Source: Sphaerodactylus townsendi
Lineage: Eukaryota
DNA length: 64,000 nt
Assembly (NCBI RefSeq): GCF_021028975.2
Contig: NC_059427.1
Coordinates: forward strand, 73,346,001 to 73,410,000
Direction: 5' to 3'
Shown: positions 52,361 through 64,000 of the stretch, one piece after another
How the letters are laid out: each line of letters begins with the position of its first letter
Numbering within the stretch: the first letter of the stretch is position 1
Notes under the pieces: generated by a model
Told to the model about the DNA's origin: nothing
The model's database searches: none
The model's input: only the letters and a program-made list of their open reading frames with translations
Program-made: the position numbers and the translations under genes

Positions 52361-54455
52361 AGTTGCGATCCTAAACAGAGTTACACTTTCGTAAGTCACC
52401 TGCGTCCAGTGGGTTTGGTAGGGTACAACTCTGTTTATCATTACACTCTCAGCCCGAATCGCATGAAATTTTTCGAATTTTCCCCCAGCAATGTCAAAAT
52501 AGACATGAGCCTGACACAGAACTAACAACTCACCGAAGGCAACTGCTGATGTTTTAGTTGAAGGAGGATTTTGGGAAAATAGCAGCATCTGGCAGAAACT
52601 TTTTTTTTAAAAAAAATGGATAGCTGTTTATTGGTGTTGATAGACAAATTGTTTGTTGGGTGGCAGTTGCTGCAGTTGCTAAAGCAGAAACACAGTTATG
52701 TGGAAAATTGCATTGGCTGATACTTTTAACTGAATCTGAAGGAACAAAGATAACACAGCCACTTGCTTCAAAGAATAATCTATGAAGTCTCAGTTACTGC
52801 ATCTTAAAACTGAAAAAGATCTGTGGAAACCTATTTATAAAGAATGGATTAGATAAAGAATGCTGTTGTTCTTTGACAATAGCAATTCACAAATAATAAA
52901 TCAATAAAATGGATCCAAGTTTCCAAGAGCTGGGCTTCCTAGCAGGAAGGTACTGGGCTAGCACTGTGCAGGGATGGGGGTGGGGCACAGAAGACAGCTT
53001 TAAAATGCATGGATGGTGACTGACACCACCAGATAAGGTGGATGCTTATCCTGCTAGTGAGGTAGGGTTTTTAAAATAGTCACTTATGTGTCCTGCTCTC
53101 TCCCTCCCCTGCCCTGATTATGGAATACATAAAATGGTCTGTTTTAAATATGACTCACATGTTAATGTATGTAAGCTCTTGAACCACACAAATCTTTTCA
53201 TCAGTTGAAATAGGGCAGGGAAAAGATCCAAGGAGAAGTTTTGTGTAACTTAAGAAGTTGCACATTCTTACATCAACAGAGGTTGGTCGATAAAAATGAA
53301 ACACTCTACAGATTTATCTCTTTTGTCTAAGTCTCAAGGGAGCAAAGAATTCATCATGAGAGAGTCTGCATTTAGATTTGAAGTTTAGCAAGATCTGTAG
53401 CCTGCTCTCCCATTCATATTCACAATGGTTATTTTTAATATAGCCAGAAATGGCCTGATGCATAACTGTTTAGTAAAGTACAGTTGGTCTTATTTATTTA
53501 TTTATTGAGTTTTATATACCGCCCTACCCTCGGAGGGCTCTGGGCGGTGCACAACATAACTTCACAACAAAATACAACCAGAACAGATGGAGCAAACAAC
53601 AAATACAGAATATAACACAGGCTTCATTAACTATAAAAAAACTAAAAAAAACAGTTTGGCTTGCATATCTTTGCACATTAGTAAGGGGAACTAAGCTCAC
53701 ATGACTTAAAGAAAGGTTGCCAAGATCACTAGAAGGAAGGGAGTGTGTTTTGGTGCGCTACAACTTCTGGTATGTTCTGGTGCGCTACAACTTCTACTCC
53801 ACAGCATCCTAGGGGGATCAGGATTTGTGTGTGCATGCATGTACACTTCTTCAGTCTAGGCAGTTACCTGTACAAGGAGGCCATGAACTAAAATATGTGA
53901 AGAGGCACTGCCCATGCACAGGGACCTTGCCTGCTAGGACACACCCTGCTACCTGGTCCCATAGTCAGCCCTGCTCTGGCCAAATTTCTGGTATCCACCA
54001 ACAGAACCAGTGCACCTGTCCAGCAGGTGTTGTAGATAAACTCTTAGGTGGCTCTTATGGGAGAGGGTTCTTCACACTGACAGAGACTTCTGCGCATCAG
54101 AACTTCCCTGTTTAAGTATTCCCTCCCTTTAGTTTTCAGATTATCATTATAACTATAAGGGCAAAGGATAACCTCAGTGGTGCAGGACTCAACCTGGGAA
54201 TTAGCTAATAAAGGCATAAATCTGAGCATGTGAAAAGTGCATTTTGCTCAGTGATGATTAACGACTGTTGTGGCAGCATGCAGGTCTACTAGGTTAAGGG
54301 GGAAGGAAGGAGCTGGAAGGTCAGCACTGGCCACGACCAGAGATTTGAGTTCTTCCTCCTGGTTCAAACCACCCCGCCTCTTGGGTCCGCTCTTCTCAAT
54401 AACCCCTTCACTGCCATTTCGGATCTTCTTCCAGTGCGGCCACTTCGCGCCTGGA

Positions 54456-54473
54456 CGGCGCCATCTGTTGGGG
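54456..54473 (-). promoter_or_regulatory. CTCF-like motif within a second CpG-rich block (~54400-54980)
   Basis: Minus strand CCAACAGATGGCGCC versus core consensus CCASYAGRKGGCRC (one mismatch). Confidence 0.55.
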
Positions 54474-55301
54474 CCACCCCTCGCCAAGCGCTGGCTGGCT
54501 CGCCCTCCCACTCCCTGGGGACCCCTTTAGAGAGCAGGTTTTCACGGCAGAGTTAAAGATGCCATCTGGATCCGTATAAATCGAGTCCCCGCCGCGGGGC
54601 TGGCACTCCATTACAATGAAAGATTTTAGCGCACTTTACAACCTCCCCGGCCCGCGCCGACAGCAGGTAATTAAAGCAATAATTGCTTCTGATGGCGCTT
54701 CCTAAACGAGGAAACTTTGGTGTTAACCCCGCAGCGAAGGGGGGGGGGGACCGTTGGGAGGGGCGGAGCTTAGCAAGCCAGACACACCTCCCTCTCCGCA
54801 GTAAGTCTGGGCGCTTTGGAGCGCCTGCGGCTGTAGCCTTTGCACGTGCGTCGGGGTGCCGCGGGTTTCCTTACGCGAGCAATGCGTGTGCGCACAGAGT
54901 AAATGGGTGCGTATTTGAGACGGATTGGGGCTGGCCGAGCCCCTTCCTCGCCGCCGAGCGACGGTGTGGGATCTGCGTTAGGGGTTATTTTATTTATTAG
55001 TTGATCATTTTGTGAAAGGAGTCCCAGTGTTCCTTCATCCCAATGAGCAACTGGATCTGACTAAAGAGGCGCAGAAACAGAAACCTGAGGCCAGCTTAGC
55101 TCATGTAACTCTGCCACGCGCCAGACGTGATGGTGAAAAGCCCCTGAAGTGTGTTTGGGGGATAGCTACATTGTTTACTGAAGAGAGCACAAACTTGGCT
55201 GCCCCACAGTCAGGCTTGCTGGGCTACTGTCACAAGCCACGCTCTCTTTCAACTGTTGCCAGTTTCAGCATGAACTAGATCTTTGCAAATAAAGATGCTG
55301 A

Positions 55302-56138
55302 CAGTGACCGCAGGTATAGATTTTTTTTATAGGGTGGGTTGGAACCTGAGGCATAGCTAGGGAAAATGGAGGCATAGCTAGGGAAAATGGAACCTGGGGC
55401 AAAATTTGAGTTTTGCGGGGGACAGGAGCCCGGACGGCCACTGTGATGCTGGAATCCACCCCCAAACAGCATCGCTTTTAATGGTGTTTAAATTAGAGAG
55501 CCCAAATTCTCCTTTTAAATCCACCTTAAAGGGAGAATCTGGGGTCCCCAGTTAAAAAACATTGAAAGAGTTGCTGTTTTGGGGTGGGTTATCCACCACC
55601 CTGAAACAGCATCACTTTCAATGTTTAAACTGGGGGCCTCAGATTCTCCCTTTAAATCCATGCTGAAAGGGGTGGATTTAAAAGGAGAATCTGGGGAAAT
55701 TTGTAGGGTGCCTGCTGTTGGGGTGCAATTGTTAAGCTAGCAGCACCAAAATTTCAGAGTATCTGCAGGAGACTCTCCTGATGATACCACCCAGGTTTGG
55801 TGAAGTTTGGTTCAGGGGGTCCAAAGTTATAGACCCTCAAAGGTGTAGCCCCATCTCCTATTAGCTCCCATTGGAAACAATGCCCCCCCTTTGGGAGACC
55901 ATAACTTTGGATCCCCTGAACCAAACCTCACCTAACTTGGGTGGTATCATCAGGAGAGTCTCCCAACAAATCCCTGAAATTTTGGTGCTGCTAGTCTAAA
56001 AACTGCGCCCCTTGCAGCCCCAAAACTGAAACAACACTAAAAAATATCGAAAAACCCCAAACGGGGGGAGGGCCCCCCGAGCTTCAGACTTGTAATGGGG
56101 GGGTTGAACCCGGGAACCCCCCCTTACCTACATCCTTG
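55302..56138. mobile_element. Non-autonomous hAT-type element
   Basis: TSD GATGCTGA/GATGCTGT. Has an internal 21-bp tandem duplication GAGGCATAGCTAGGGAAAATG and shares the palindromic module of 20431-21377. Confidence 0.75.
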
Positions 56139-58057
56139 GATGCTGTGCCTCATCCAGAGGTTTTGAGGTTTGTTTCTCCATACCAAATAGTCTTTATTTG
56201 GGTGTGTTGTTGAAGTGTCATATTGATAGGAGGGAAGGGACCTCAGCAAGATAAAATGTCACGTAAAAGGCTGCCTCCCACAGCAGCCATTTTCTTCAGG
56301 AGAACTGATCTTTTAAGTGTGGGGATCAGCTGTAATGCCAAGAGATCTCCAAGCCCCACCTGGAGGCTGGGAATGCGGGTTCTCCTCATACCTTGTCCAG
56401 TGCTCTAATCAACAACCCCACCCTGGTTCTGAAGAGGATCAAAGGTGCTTCTAAAGTCACAAGAGCAGCCTGATGACTTATAATGACCAGTTATGGAAGG
56501 AAAGAAGCCAGACAGGCACCTTCACCACACGTGACCTGACAGCCAAGTAGAGGATTGGATCTGGGTTTTTGTCCTCATGTTTTAGCTTTTGTCAGGAAGC
56601 TTCCCCACAACTTGGTGATGTGAGCTACAGAAATGGAAATTCCAGTGGTGACTAGGAGGACTATGTGGGTCCTTGGCTGGCAAAATCGCACCTGAAAAGC
56701 AGCAACAAGCTAAGAGTAAAGTTATCCGTGATTGGGGGTGGTGGTGGTGGCTGGCTTCAGAATCTGGGTGAAAATGAACAAGCAGCACTACATCCTTCCC
56801 TGATACAAAGGAATGTGCTGTGGCTACATGTAGACTGGCAGAGGAGAAACCCCAAGTAAGGGGTTGGATCCCATCCTGGGCAGGAGGCTGGAGACAGGTG
56901 GGAAGATGAAAAGGCAGTCCCAGGAGTCAACAGGCTGTTCAGCAAGAGGTGATTTTGTATTCCCTCCTGCTGTGGCTGCACCTTGAAAACTGGAGGGTGA
57001 GCATAGAATACAGCTAGCCCTGTAGTTGGGCTGGACTTTCTTTCTGGGAGCCTTTAATCTCTGCCAGAATCAAACACACAGAGCCCTCCTTGGTGGCTTG
57101 CGGGGTTCTGTTTGTGCATTGGAGTCATTAGCAAGAGGGGGAGAGTGGTGTGGCTGGGAGTGGGATTTCTCCAGCCCTCTGAGAAACAGTTGGTTCAGTT
57201 GGGACATTCCAGAGAAGGATGCCTCCATCCAGAGTACAGGGAAGAATCAACATGACAGATTCATCAACCATGAGACAGTATGACCAGTTGCAAACAACAT
57301 ACACACGGAGGTGCACTGGCCATGTAACCTACAGGGAAATTTCCCGTTGGGCTGTGGGTGGCCAGGAGCAAGCATAACAAAGCTCTAACAACTCTTCCAG
57401 AGTCTCAGGGGTCACTTGGATCAGACCCTATACTGGCACTAGCTGCCTTTCCCACACTGCTGCAGCTTTTCAGAAGGAGGCAATACGTAAATTAATGCCC
57501 GCCATTGTTTGCACCACTGTGCTGACTTGTAGCTCTGGATGAGCCATTCAGCCGTTAGCTTGCTTCAGGGCCATCTTCACTTCCCAGTCTCCTCCTGTAT
57601 ATGTCCCTTCATACCCAGAGCTACTATCTGACTCATCCCTGACATCACTTCCTGCTTACTGACAAGTCCCTTGTGAGATGTGTTGGGTCCCAAGGAAGAC
57701 AAGGTGGGAACACATCAAATTGTTTCACGTTGTCCAGCCATTGGTCCGTTGATCCATCTACCTTCAAGCCAACAACAGCTCTTCTAAGTCTGTGCTTTCT
57801 TTTCTCTTATGCACTGGCTTCCCTTCGATGTAAGCCATTAAATGGCGAGGGAGGTGAGTAGTTTTTGTCTGAACTAGTAAAACAGTAAATATTTATATAG
57901 CATCTGCACCGCTGAATGTGCAAAGCAGTTACCACGTTATCTTGCTATCTTTACAACCATCTCATACAATATTTTTGGCCATCACGTTGCAGCCAACTTA
58001 CGGAGACCCCACAGAGTTTTCAGGCAAGAGATGTTCAGAGGTGGTTTGTCACTACCT

Positions 58058-58365
58058 GCAGCAGTAGTGTAGTGGTTAAGAGCATGTGTACTCTAATCTG
58101 GAGGAACCAGGTTTGATTCCCGCTCTGCTACTTGAGCTGTTGAGGCTTATCTGGGAAATTCAGATTAGCCTGTGCACTCCAACACATGCCAGTTGGGTGA
58201 CCTTGGGCTAGTCACAGTTCTTCGGAGCTCTCTCTGCCCCACCCACCTTACAGCCCCACCCACCTTTGTTGTGAGGGGGGCAGGGAAAGGAGTTTGTAAG
58301 CCCCTTTGAGTCTCTTTACAGGAGAGAAAAGGGGGATATAAATTCAACTCTTCTTCTTCTTCTTC
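58058..58365 (+). mobile_element. Full-length Squam3-like SINE nested in a minus-strand 5S-derived SINE (~57965-58482)
   Basis: A box GTGTAGTGGTTAAG, B box GGTTTGATTCCC, (TTC)n tail. The 5S-SINE body continues on both sides. Confidence 0.8.
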
Positions 58366-58689
58366 TCTGCATAGAGACCCCAGACTTCCTTGGTGGTCTT
58401 TTGTCAAAATATTAACCAGGGCTGACCCTGCTTGGCTTCTAAAATCAGATGAGATTGGGTCTGCCTAGGGTATCTAGGTCAGAGCTTTCATAGAAAAGGT
58501 CTGCATTATTATCCCTGTGCTGCAGGGGGAGGATGGAATCAGAGTGAGTGTCTTGTACTAAGGTTAGTTATTGAGTTTGTTGTTGCAGTGGAATTCGAAT
58601 CCTTGTCTGGATGCCTTTGCTTCTTAGGAGATTAGGGCTTTCTCAGTGATGACATCATGTCTGTAGCATGTTTTCTTTTTGAATTTTAT

Positions 58690-61600
58690 TTCATAGAAAC
58701 ATAAAATTGGAAGAGACCACAAGGGCCATCAAATCCAACCTCCAGCCATGCAGGAACACACAATCAAAGCACTCCTGATAGATGGTCATCCAGTCTTTGT
58801 TTACAAAACTCCATCGAAGGAAGCTCCACCACACTCCAAGGCAGTGTATTCCACTGTCAAACAGTTCTTACTGTCAGGAAGTTCTTCCTAATGGTTAGGT
58901 GGAATCTCTTTTCCTGCACCTTTAATCCGTAACTCCCTGTCCTGGATTCTGAAGCAGCAGAAAACAAGCTTGCTCCATCTTCAGCATGACCTCCCTTCAG
59001 ATATTTAAGCATGGCTATGAGGTCACCCCTTAATCTTCTCTAAGATTAAACATTCCTAGCTGCCTAAGCCACTCACCACAGGGCATGGAATCCAGACCTT
59101 TTACCATTTTGTTCATCCTCCTCTGGACACATTTCAGCTTGTAAATCTCCTTCTTGAATTGTGGTGCCCAGAACTGGACACAGTATTCCAGATGAGGTCA
59201 GACCAATGCAGTATAGAGTACTACTATTACATCCCTCAATCTAGAAACGGTACTTCTACTGATGCAGCCCAGAATTACATTGGCTTCCTTGGTTGCTGCA
59301 TCATACTGCTTATTCATGTTCAGTTTGTAATTTATTAAGACTCCCAGACAGACAGAGGCATATCGGAGGGAAATGGTGCCCGGGGACAACACCTTCTCTG
59401 GGCACCCACCTACCCCCACGCCCCCTGCACTCAAGGGCATGGCTTGGGGGCACTGAGCCCTGCCCCCCGGCCTCCCTGCAGGCTGGCTCCTGCTTACCCC
59501 AGGGCCTGTGGAGGGCAAAAGCTGGCCTGCATGGGGGCCATGGGGTGGAGGGGCTCAGGGGGGTGGGGCCGCCCACTGCTGAGCCCCACTCCCATCTATC
59601 TGCAGGCTGGCTCCTGCTTACCCCAGGGCCTGTGGAGGGCAAAAGCTGGCCTGCATGGGGGCCATGGGGTGGAGGGGCTCAGGGGGGTGGGGCCGCCCAC
59701 TGCTGAGCCCCACTCCCATCTATCTGCAGGCCAGCTTCTGACATCCCCAGGGCCTGAGGAGGGCAAAAGCCGGCCTGCAGGGAGACCGGGAGTGGGACTT
59801 GGGGGTGCCGCTGCCCACCACTGATCCCCGCATCCCCACAGGCCAGCTTTTGCTCTTCCCAGGACCTGGGGATGGCAGGAGCCGGCCTGCAGGGAGCAGA
59901 GGAGGTAGGGTGCTGCAGCGGGTAACCCAGGAGTTGGCCTGATGCTGCAGCACCCATCTGAGCCGCCCCTGCCCCCGAGGGCCTGGGGAGGGAAGGAGGC
60001 AGCTCAGATGCAGCCTGGCTCCTGGTATAGACTGGCTCTTTCTTTAGGCACCTCCCCCACGCTGACACAACTCTTCTGAATCAGGTCAGTGAGGGGGAGA
60101 GGTGATTTTGCACACCCCCTGTCATTGTGCTTGGGGTCATTTTACCCTCCTGTCCCCATGGGTGGTACGCCTATGCTCCCAGTTCCCTTTCACAAGTACT
60201 GTTGTCAAGTCAGGTGTCACCCATGTTATATCTGTGCATTTCTTCTTTTTTCTGACTAGGTGAAGTATCTTACATTTATTTCTGTTGAAATTCATGTTAT
60301 CAGTTTTGGCCAAGCTTTTTAATCTGTGCAGGTCATTTTGAATTCTGACCCTGCCCTCTGGGGTATTAGCTGCTCCTCCTAAATTGGTGTCATCTGTAAA
60401 TTTGATTAGCATGTCTTCTAATCTATCATTCAAGTCATTGATAAAAATATTGATGGCACTGAGCCCAGGACAGAACCCTGCAGCACTGCACTTGTCACTT
60501 CTCTCCAGGATGAAGATGACCCATTGGTTAGTATCGTTTGGATTTGGTCAGTAAATGAATTACAAATCCATCTAACAGAAGCATTGTCTAGTCCACATTT
60601 TACTGTCTTGCTTGCAAGAATGTCAAGGGGACCTTATCAATGTCATGGGGACCTTATCAAGGTATGCTACATCCACAGCATTACCTTCATCTACCAAGCT
60701 TGTCGCTCCAACAAAAAAGAGATAAGATTAGTCTGGCACGACTTGTTTTTGAGAAACCCATGTTGATTTTCAGGGATCACATTATTCTCTTCCAAGTGCT
60801 TACAGACTGCCTGTTTAATGATCTGCTCTAGAATCTTTCCTGGTATTGATGTCAGGGTGACTAGGCAGTAATTGTTTGGGTCCTCTTTTATTTCCCTTTT
60901 TGAAGGTGGGGACAACATTAGCTCTCCTCCTGCTGGGATTTATCCAGTTCTCCAGGAATTCTCAAAGATTACTGCAAGTGGTTCTGAGATTACTTCGTCA
61001 GTTCTTTTAATGCCCTGGGATGTAGTTCATCAGGCCCTGGAGATTTGAATTAATTGAAAGTAGCCAGATATTTCTGTACTACCTCTTTATTTATTCTGTG
61101 GTGCATTTCCCCTGCTGCATCTTCTGTTGCATTTCCCCCTAGTTGAGCACTGTTTTCCTTTGGGGAGAAGACCAAGGCAAAGAAGGTATTCAGTAGTTCT
61201 GCCTTTTCTTTGTTCCCTGATAGCATTCTGCCATCTTCTCCACATAGTGACCCTATCATATCCTTTATCTTTCTTTTGCTACAGACATAACCAAATAAGC
61301 CTTTTAAACTTGTTTTTAACCTCTCTGGAAGCCTGAGCAATGTTCTGCATTTTAGCTTCTCTGACTTTCTCCCTTCACATCCTGGCTATTTGTGTGATTT
61401 GGTGACCCCCCCCCCCCTTTCCATTTCTTGTACATGTCCCTTTTAAATCTTAGCTCAGTTGAAAGATCTTTAAGACATCCAAGCTGGTTTCCTTAGACAC
61501 ATCCCATTTTTCCTGCTCATTGGAACGGTTTGAAATCTCAGTTTTAAGAAACTCCCATTCATCATGCACTTCTTTCTCCTTTTTCAGTATTCTTGACCAC

Positions 61601-61690
61601 GGGATTATACCCAGTAGTTTCCTAAGTTTACTGAAATCAGCTTTCTTAAAGTTTAAAATGAGTGTTGGACTATGCTTGGCATATGCTGTC
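58690..61690 (-). mobile_element. Decayed 5'-truncated CR1 LINE (ORF2 RT region and 3' UTR)
   Basis: Minus-strand fragments KAELLNTFFALVF, EDPNNYCLVTLTSIPGKILEQII..NQHGFLKNKSCQTNLISF, LIKFTDDTNLGG, ANVILGCISRS..LYTALV. CR1 3' end near 58690. Confidence 0.9.
59349..60175. mobile_element. GC-rich non-autonomous hAT-type element inserted in CR1; contains a 124-bp tandem repeat
   Basis: TSD CTCCCAGA/CTCCCAGT, ends CAGAGGCATATC / GGTACGCCTATG, two identical 124-bp units starting at 59478 and 59602. Confidence 0.75.
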
Positions 61691-62278
61691 TAATTTGTGT
61701 TTGTATTTGTTATAGGCATTAGGAGAAAATCTTATTACTCTGTGCTACTTTTGTTTGCTGGTTTTTGATTTACTGTTACAGTGTTGTTGGTTATTGTCTT
61801 TCAGTTTGGCCACACTTCCTTAGATGGGTTTAAGCTCAGTGCTGCTGCTTTCTCAGTACTTAAGATTTCCCTCAGTTCTGAAGTTCTACAAATTGTTGTT
61901 CAAACTGCTGCATTAATTTTTAAAAATACTTGATTCTGTGCTTCTTTTAATGTGTTTTGTCATTCTGTTTAAAATAAAGAGAAAAAAGCCACAGCTTTTA
62001 AAACAGTGTATTTTAACAGGGGTTATCTCTTTTGGGGGAGGGAAGAAGACTTGGCCAGGAAGAGCAGAGTGACCTGCTGGTGTTCATTTTGGAGGGCTTT
62101 TCTCAAAGCCACAGCTTTTAAAACAGTGTATTTTAACAGTGAATTTTAATTCAATTTTAATTTAATTTTTTTGTTTTTTTTAAATTAATAAGGACATATT
62201 TGACAGATAGTACGTGCAGATAGCTCCAGGGGGGCAGTGACTAAAAGCGTAATATTTAAATATCTAAACAAATCAGAT

Positions 62279-63181
62279 ATGAAGGCAGAAAGCCAGCAGG
62301 GGGATGGGGGCTTTCCAGTGTTTTGCACTGAGTGTCACATGTATGACTATCTGCCACTAGGACAGAAGTCGTGGGTGTGCCCTCGCTGCAATGAGCTCCT
62401 GGCACTCAAGGAACGTGTGCGTTCTCTTGAAGCCAAGGTGGCAGACCTGGAGAAGCTGAAAGAGGCAGAGAGGGTGACAGACGAGGCTTTCAGGGACCTA
62501 ACAGCCGGGTCCCACTCCCAAGGTGACATCTCTTCAGATGTCATGGAGAATGAAGGCCTTGGGGATGGAGGGTGCCAGTCTGAGGTGGGGGAAGATGCTC
62601 CCTTAGATGGGATCCCTTCCTTAACTGGTGATCAGCTATCCTCTCGCACTAAGGATACCCCTCGGGGAGGTGGGGGGCTCCTTGTAGTGGGTGATTCGAT
62701 CATTAGAAATGTAGAGAGTTGGGTTTGTGAGAGGCGTGATGACCGCATGGTGACTTGCCTGCCTGGTGCGAAGGTTGCGGATGTCACGCTTCGTCTAGAT
62801 AGGCTTTTAGACAGTGCTGGGGTGGAGTCAGCAGTTGTGGTCCACATTGGCACCAATGACATTGGGAAATGTAGCCGGGAGGTTCTGGAAGCTAAATTTA
62901 GGCTGCTAGGAAAAAGGTTGAAGTCCAGGACCTCCAAGGTGGCATTCTCAGAAATGCTACCCGTTCCACGCGCAGGGCGAGCTAGGCAAGCGGAGATACA
63001 GGGTCTCAATGCGTGGATGAGAAGGTGGTGTAAGGCAGAGGGTTTCAGATTTGTCAGGAACTGGGGAACCTTTTGGGACAAGGTAGGCCTGTACAAACGG
63101 GACGGGCTTCATCTTAACCAAAGAGGAACCAGGCTGCTGGCACTCAACATTAAAAAGGTGGCAGAACAGCTTTTAAACTGA
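62279..63181 (+). CDS. CR1 ORF1 protein (300 aa from first ATG): CxxC/CxxC zinc finger, coiled coil, SGNH esterase
   Basis: CTEC...CPRC, heptad stretch LLALKERVRSLEAKVADLEKL, and SGNH blocks VVGDSI, PGA, HIGTND, DGLH. Confidence 0.9.
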   Translation: MKAESQQGDGGFPVFCTECHMYDYLPLGQKSWVCPRCNELLALKERVRSLEAKVADLEKLKEAERVTDEAFRDLTAGSHSQGDISSDVMENEGLGDGGCQSEVGEDAPLDGIPSLTGDQLSSRTKDTPRGGGGLLVVGDSIIRNVESWVCERRDDRMVTCLPGAKVADVTLRLDRLLDSAGVESAVVVHIGTNDIGKCSREVLEAKFRLLGKRLKSRTSKVAFSEMLPVPRAGRARQAEIQGLNAWMRRWCKAEGFRFVRNWGTFWDKVGLYKRDGLHLNQRGTRLLALNIKKVAEQLLN

Positions 63182-64000
63182 TCACTGGGGGAAAGCCGAC
63201 AGGAGCTGAGGTGACTTCGGTTCGGAATACAGTATCTATGGGGATGCAGACAGAGAGGGAGGTTTTTCTAAATCAACCACATACAAGTGAGGAACATAGC
63301 AATGTGCATGTGACAAGGGATAGTGTCTACAAAAGACTTGAGGGTAAAGCACATAAATCCCAGGTTAAGGACAGAGACAGGGTATACAGGTGTCTCTATG
63401 CTAATAGTAGAAGCATTCGACCTAAAATGGGGGAGCTAGAGTACAGAGTTTTGAAGGAGGACTTTGATATAGTGGGCATTACAGAGACATGGTGGAATGA
63501 GGAGAACCAGTGGGATGCTGTTATACCAGGCTACAGGCTCTATAGGAAGGATAGGACAGGGCGCATTGGGGGTGGAGTTGCCCTTTACATCAAAGAGAGC
63601 ATAGTATCACATAAAATAGACAATGCAAGGGGAGCTGGTTCCCCTACAGAATCACTGTGGATATCAATACCAGGTGTGAAGGACAGTTTAATATTAGGAA
63701 TATATTATCGTCCCCCTGACCAAAGTGCACAAGAGGATTCTGAGATGGAAAAAGAAATTAGAGAGGCCAACAAAAACAAAAATGTAGTGGTAATGGGTGA
63801 TTTTAACTATCCCCATATAAACTGGAAAAATGCATGTTCAGGTCATAGTAAGGAGAGAGCATTCCTGGATATGCTAAATGACTGTGGCTTAGAGCAGATG
63901 GTTGTGGAACCAACCAGGGGAGATGTGATCCTAGATCTAATTCTATGTGGTACCCAGGACCTGGTGCAGGAAGTCAGTGTTGTTGAGCTGATAGGGAACA
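63154..64000 (+). CDS. CR1 ORF2, N-terminal APE-type endonuclease (partial; frame open from 63154, first ATG 63238)
   Basis: Read manually: CLYANSRSI, DIVGITETWW, GYRLYRKDR, GGGVALYIK, GIYYRPP, VVMGDFNYP, EPTRGDVILDLIL. No stop before the window end. Confidence 0.9.

Larger units (their letters stand above)
61985..64000 (+). mobile_element. Young CR1 LINE, 5' part (5' UTR, ORF1, start of ORF2); continues past the window end
   Basis: Open ORF1 and ORF2 with CR1 domain architecture. A 35-bp direct repeat lies in the putative 5' UTR (61985-62019, 62105-62139). The 5' boundary is approximate. Confidence 0.9.

Noticed and set aside
7556-58482. 5S rRNA-like and tRNA-like segments as RNA genes
   Set aside because: All are partial, diverged and fused to SINE bodies and tails.
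62632-63096. 154-aa minus-strand ORF
   Set aside because: Antisense shadow of CR1 ORF1.

Overview
Vertebrate genomic DNA, most likely a gecko judging by the SINE/MITE families (Squam3-like, Sauria-like and 5S-derived SINEs). The minus strand carries four consecutive coding exons of the netrin receptor UNC5A (4904-4683, 2242-2099, 1090-987, 515-335). All have GT-AG boundaries, are phase-compatible and encode the two Ig-like domains. Most of the rest (about 5-49 kb or more) appears to be the long intron upstream of these exons. I could not find a signal-peptide first exon. A CpG island at about 49.5-50.45 kb is the best promoter candidate, with a near-consensus RE1/NRSE site 2 kb away (47338-47358) and a second CpG-rich block with a CTCF-like motif at about 54.4-55 kb. 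The intron is rich in mobile DNA: a decayed L2, an RTE fragment, two solo LTRs with exact TSDs, a chromodomain Gypsy remnant, a SPIN-type hAT MITE, a modular family of non-autonomous hAT elements and CR1 LINEs. The young CR1 at the right edge has an intact esterase ORF1 ending in an in-frame T_TTA_AAC slippery heptamer, with ORF2 open in the -1 frame. This candidate programmed -1 frameshift is the most notable mechanistic signal. Most entries in the supplied ORF track are spurious.
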